From: Somniosus microcephalus
Lineage: Eukaryota
Assembly (NCBI GenBank): GCA_052327205.1
Contig: CM126202.1
Span: 176,762,001-176,826,000, forward strand
Direction: 5' to 3'
Length of the DNA: 64,000 nucleotides
Shown here one piece after another: positions 61,937-64,000 of this stretch. A program made the position numbers and the translations under genes. The notes beneath the pieces were generated by a model. That model was not told the origin of the DNA. It searched no databases and was given only the letters and a program-made list of their open reading frames with translations. Numbering within the stretch: the first letter of the stretch is position 1; every line of letters begins with the position of its first letter.

Positions 61937-63271
61937 TACGATAGCAAAATACTGCAGATGTTGGAAATCCGAAATAACAACAGAAAATGCTGGAAAAACT
62001 CAGCAGGTCAGGCAACATCCGTGGAGAGAAATTTGAGTTGACGTTTCGGGTTGGACCCTTCTTCAAAACTGGAAAGAAAAGAAACTAGATCGGAGGCAGG
62101 GCTGCGATCGGACAAAAGAATAAAAGAAACAAAAGAAGTAAAAGAGATTAGAAGCTAGACGAGATAGTAATAGGCTGGGATTAGGTGTAAAGTGTACTGG
62201 CAGGGCAAAAGATAGCTGCCAGGTGTGAGAGAGAAACAAAAGGAAAGGGGGGTGGGGAAAGGAGTGGAACAATTACAAGAGAAAATGAAATGGGGGCCGA
62301 GCTTATGATCTGAAATTGTTGAACTCGATATTGAGTCCGGAAGGCTGCAGACTGTCTAATCGGAAGATGAGGTGCTGTTCCTCGAGTTTACGTTGAGCTT
62401 CCGTGGAACAATACAAGAGGCCAAGGACGGTGAGGTCCGAGTGGGAATGGAGCGGTGAATTAAAATGACAGGCGACCGGAAGCTCGGGGTCACCCTTACG
62501 GACTGAACGGAGGTGTTCCGCAAAGCGGTCACCCAATCTGCGTTTGGTCTCCCCAATGTAGAGGAGACCGCATCGTGAGCAGCGAATACAGTATACTAGA
62601 TTGCGAGAAGTACAAGTAAATCGCTGTTTCACCTGGAAGGGGTGTTTGGGGCCCTGGACAGTGGGAAGGGGGGAGGTATAGGGGCAGGTGTTACATCTCC
62701 TCCGCTTGCACGGGAAGGTGCCAGGCGAAGAGGAAGGGCTGTTTGGGGTGATAGAGGAGTGGACTAGGGTGTCTCGGAGGGAGCGGTCCCTGCGGAATGC
62801 TGAAAGGGGAGGGGAGGGGAAGATACATTTGGTGGTGGGATTACTTTGGAGGTAGCGGAAATGCCGGAGGATGATCCGTTGAATGTGAAGGCTGGTGGGG
62901 TGAAAGGTGAGGACAAGGGGAACCCTATCGTGGTTTCGGGAGGGAGGGGCAGGGGTGAGGGCAGAAGTGTTCCACTCCTTTCCCCCCCCCCCCTTTCCTT
63001 TTGTTTCTCTCTCACACCTGGCAGCTATCTTTTGCCCTGCCAGTACACTTTACACCTAATCCCAGCCTATTACTATCTCGTCTAGCTTCTAATCTCTTTT
63101 ACTTCTTTTGTTTCTTTTATTCTTTTGTCCGATCGCAGTCCTGCCTCCGATCTAGTTTCTTTTCTTTCCAGTTTTGAAGAAGGGTCCAACCCGAAACGTC
63201 AACTCAAATTTCTCTCCACGGATGTTGCCTGACCTGCTGAGTTTTTCCAGCATTTTCTGTTGTTATTATAT
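61937..63271 (-). mobile_element. Penelope-like element 3 with an inverted terminal segment of about 300 bp
   Basis: GIY-YIG ORF 62303..62632. About 61973-62271 is inverted at about 62968-63267. 14-bp TSD TAATAGAATGCTTT (61923-61936 and 63272-63285). Hammerhead-like motifs at 62036-62070 (-) and 63170-63204 (+). Confidence 0.95.
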
Positions 63272-64000
63272 TAATAGAATGCTTTGGTAGGATAATAAGC
63301 TGAGCTTATGTGTGACAAAATGATGCATTTATGTTTGTGAGGAATTATTTATTGATTTTATTCTTGCTGATCACAGCACACACAGGGTTTAAATTGGTTA
63401 CTGCTAGTTATATCTGCAGGCAGCATGGAATAAACATACCAGTCTTGTAAGCCATCAGCATCACTGTGGGTCTGAAGATAATTACTGTGGAACAAAAAGG
63501 TGGTTTAGTATTATGTTAATATATGTTGCCTACAGAGCCATTAGTGTCATTCTGTGTCTGTTCTGTCTGGGCAAGTGTTAATTTCCCGCAATCACAGGTT
63601 AATCAAAGTGGTTTGAACAGATCAATGGGTTTTTCAGGAAGGAGTCAAATCATTCCATTCAATTACAAGCATCCTGTGGGACGGTTACAGTACATGTTTA
63701 TTTGGCAGAGATATTTTGGTTGGGCAAACAATGTTTTGAGTGCTGTGCATATTTGATCACCTAAATGGTGTAATTAGAAATACCTGTTTTTAATTTTCTT
63801 TATTCTGGGCTATCTTCACAGGAACTTGGAGCAGCGTTTTGGTTTCTGCAACAAAAAGTCAGTTAGTCGGAGGACATCTGTGAATGCTGAAGTGAACCAG
63901 TGGGCTCTGTGGTGGTGCATAGCCATGCGTTTTCTGTTCGATTAACGTGTTTAACATCTTATAGCCTTAGTGGTAGTCTAACGGTGTTATTCTTCAACCT

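Noticed and set aside
61973-63267. About 300-bp inverted repeats as DNA-transposon TIRs
   Set aside because: They are the Penelope pLTR and its 5' inversion, enclosing a GIY-YIG remnant.
63790-64000. Splice-like signals near the window end
   Set aside because: Minus-strand frames are all closed and the open plus-strand frame is short and unrecognisable.

Overview
Eukaryotic, repeat-dense DNA. The repeat repertoire (CR1 LINEs with (CTATGTTT)n tails, an HE1/V-SINE-like SINE, Penelope elements, intron-containing Harbingers) suggests a cartilaginous fish; this is an inference. No host gene is recognisable, only a few unassigned candidate exons. The window holds four full-length Ty3/Gypsy LTR retrotransposons, all on the minus strand with 5-bp TSDs, two of them with uninterrupted gag-pol ORFs. 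It also holds two long young CR1 LINEs, two complete and several partial PIF/Harbinger transposons (spliced Myb/SANT-like gene plus a convergent HARBI1-like transposase), three Penelope elements with minimal hammerhead-ribozyme motifs, a non-autonomous Helitron, a probable solo LTR and SINEs, with deep nesting. The main observation: two divergent Gypsy elements lack a tRNA primer-binding site and instead carry, 1 nt after the 5' LTR, a perfect 13-14 nt complement of their own LTR poly(A)-signal segment, which suggests self-priming or poly(A)-signal masking. Other points: hammerheads with covarying stems, repeated insertions into Harbinger Myb-gene introns, and two locally templated insertions.
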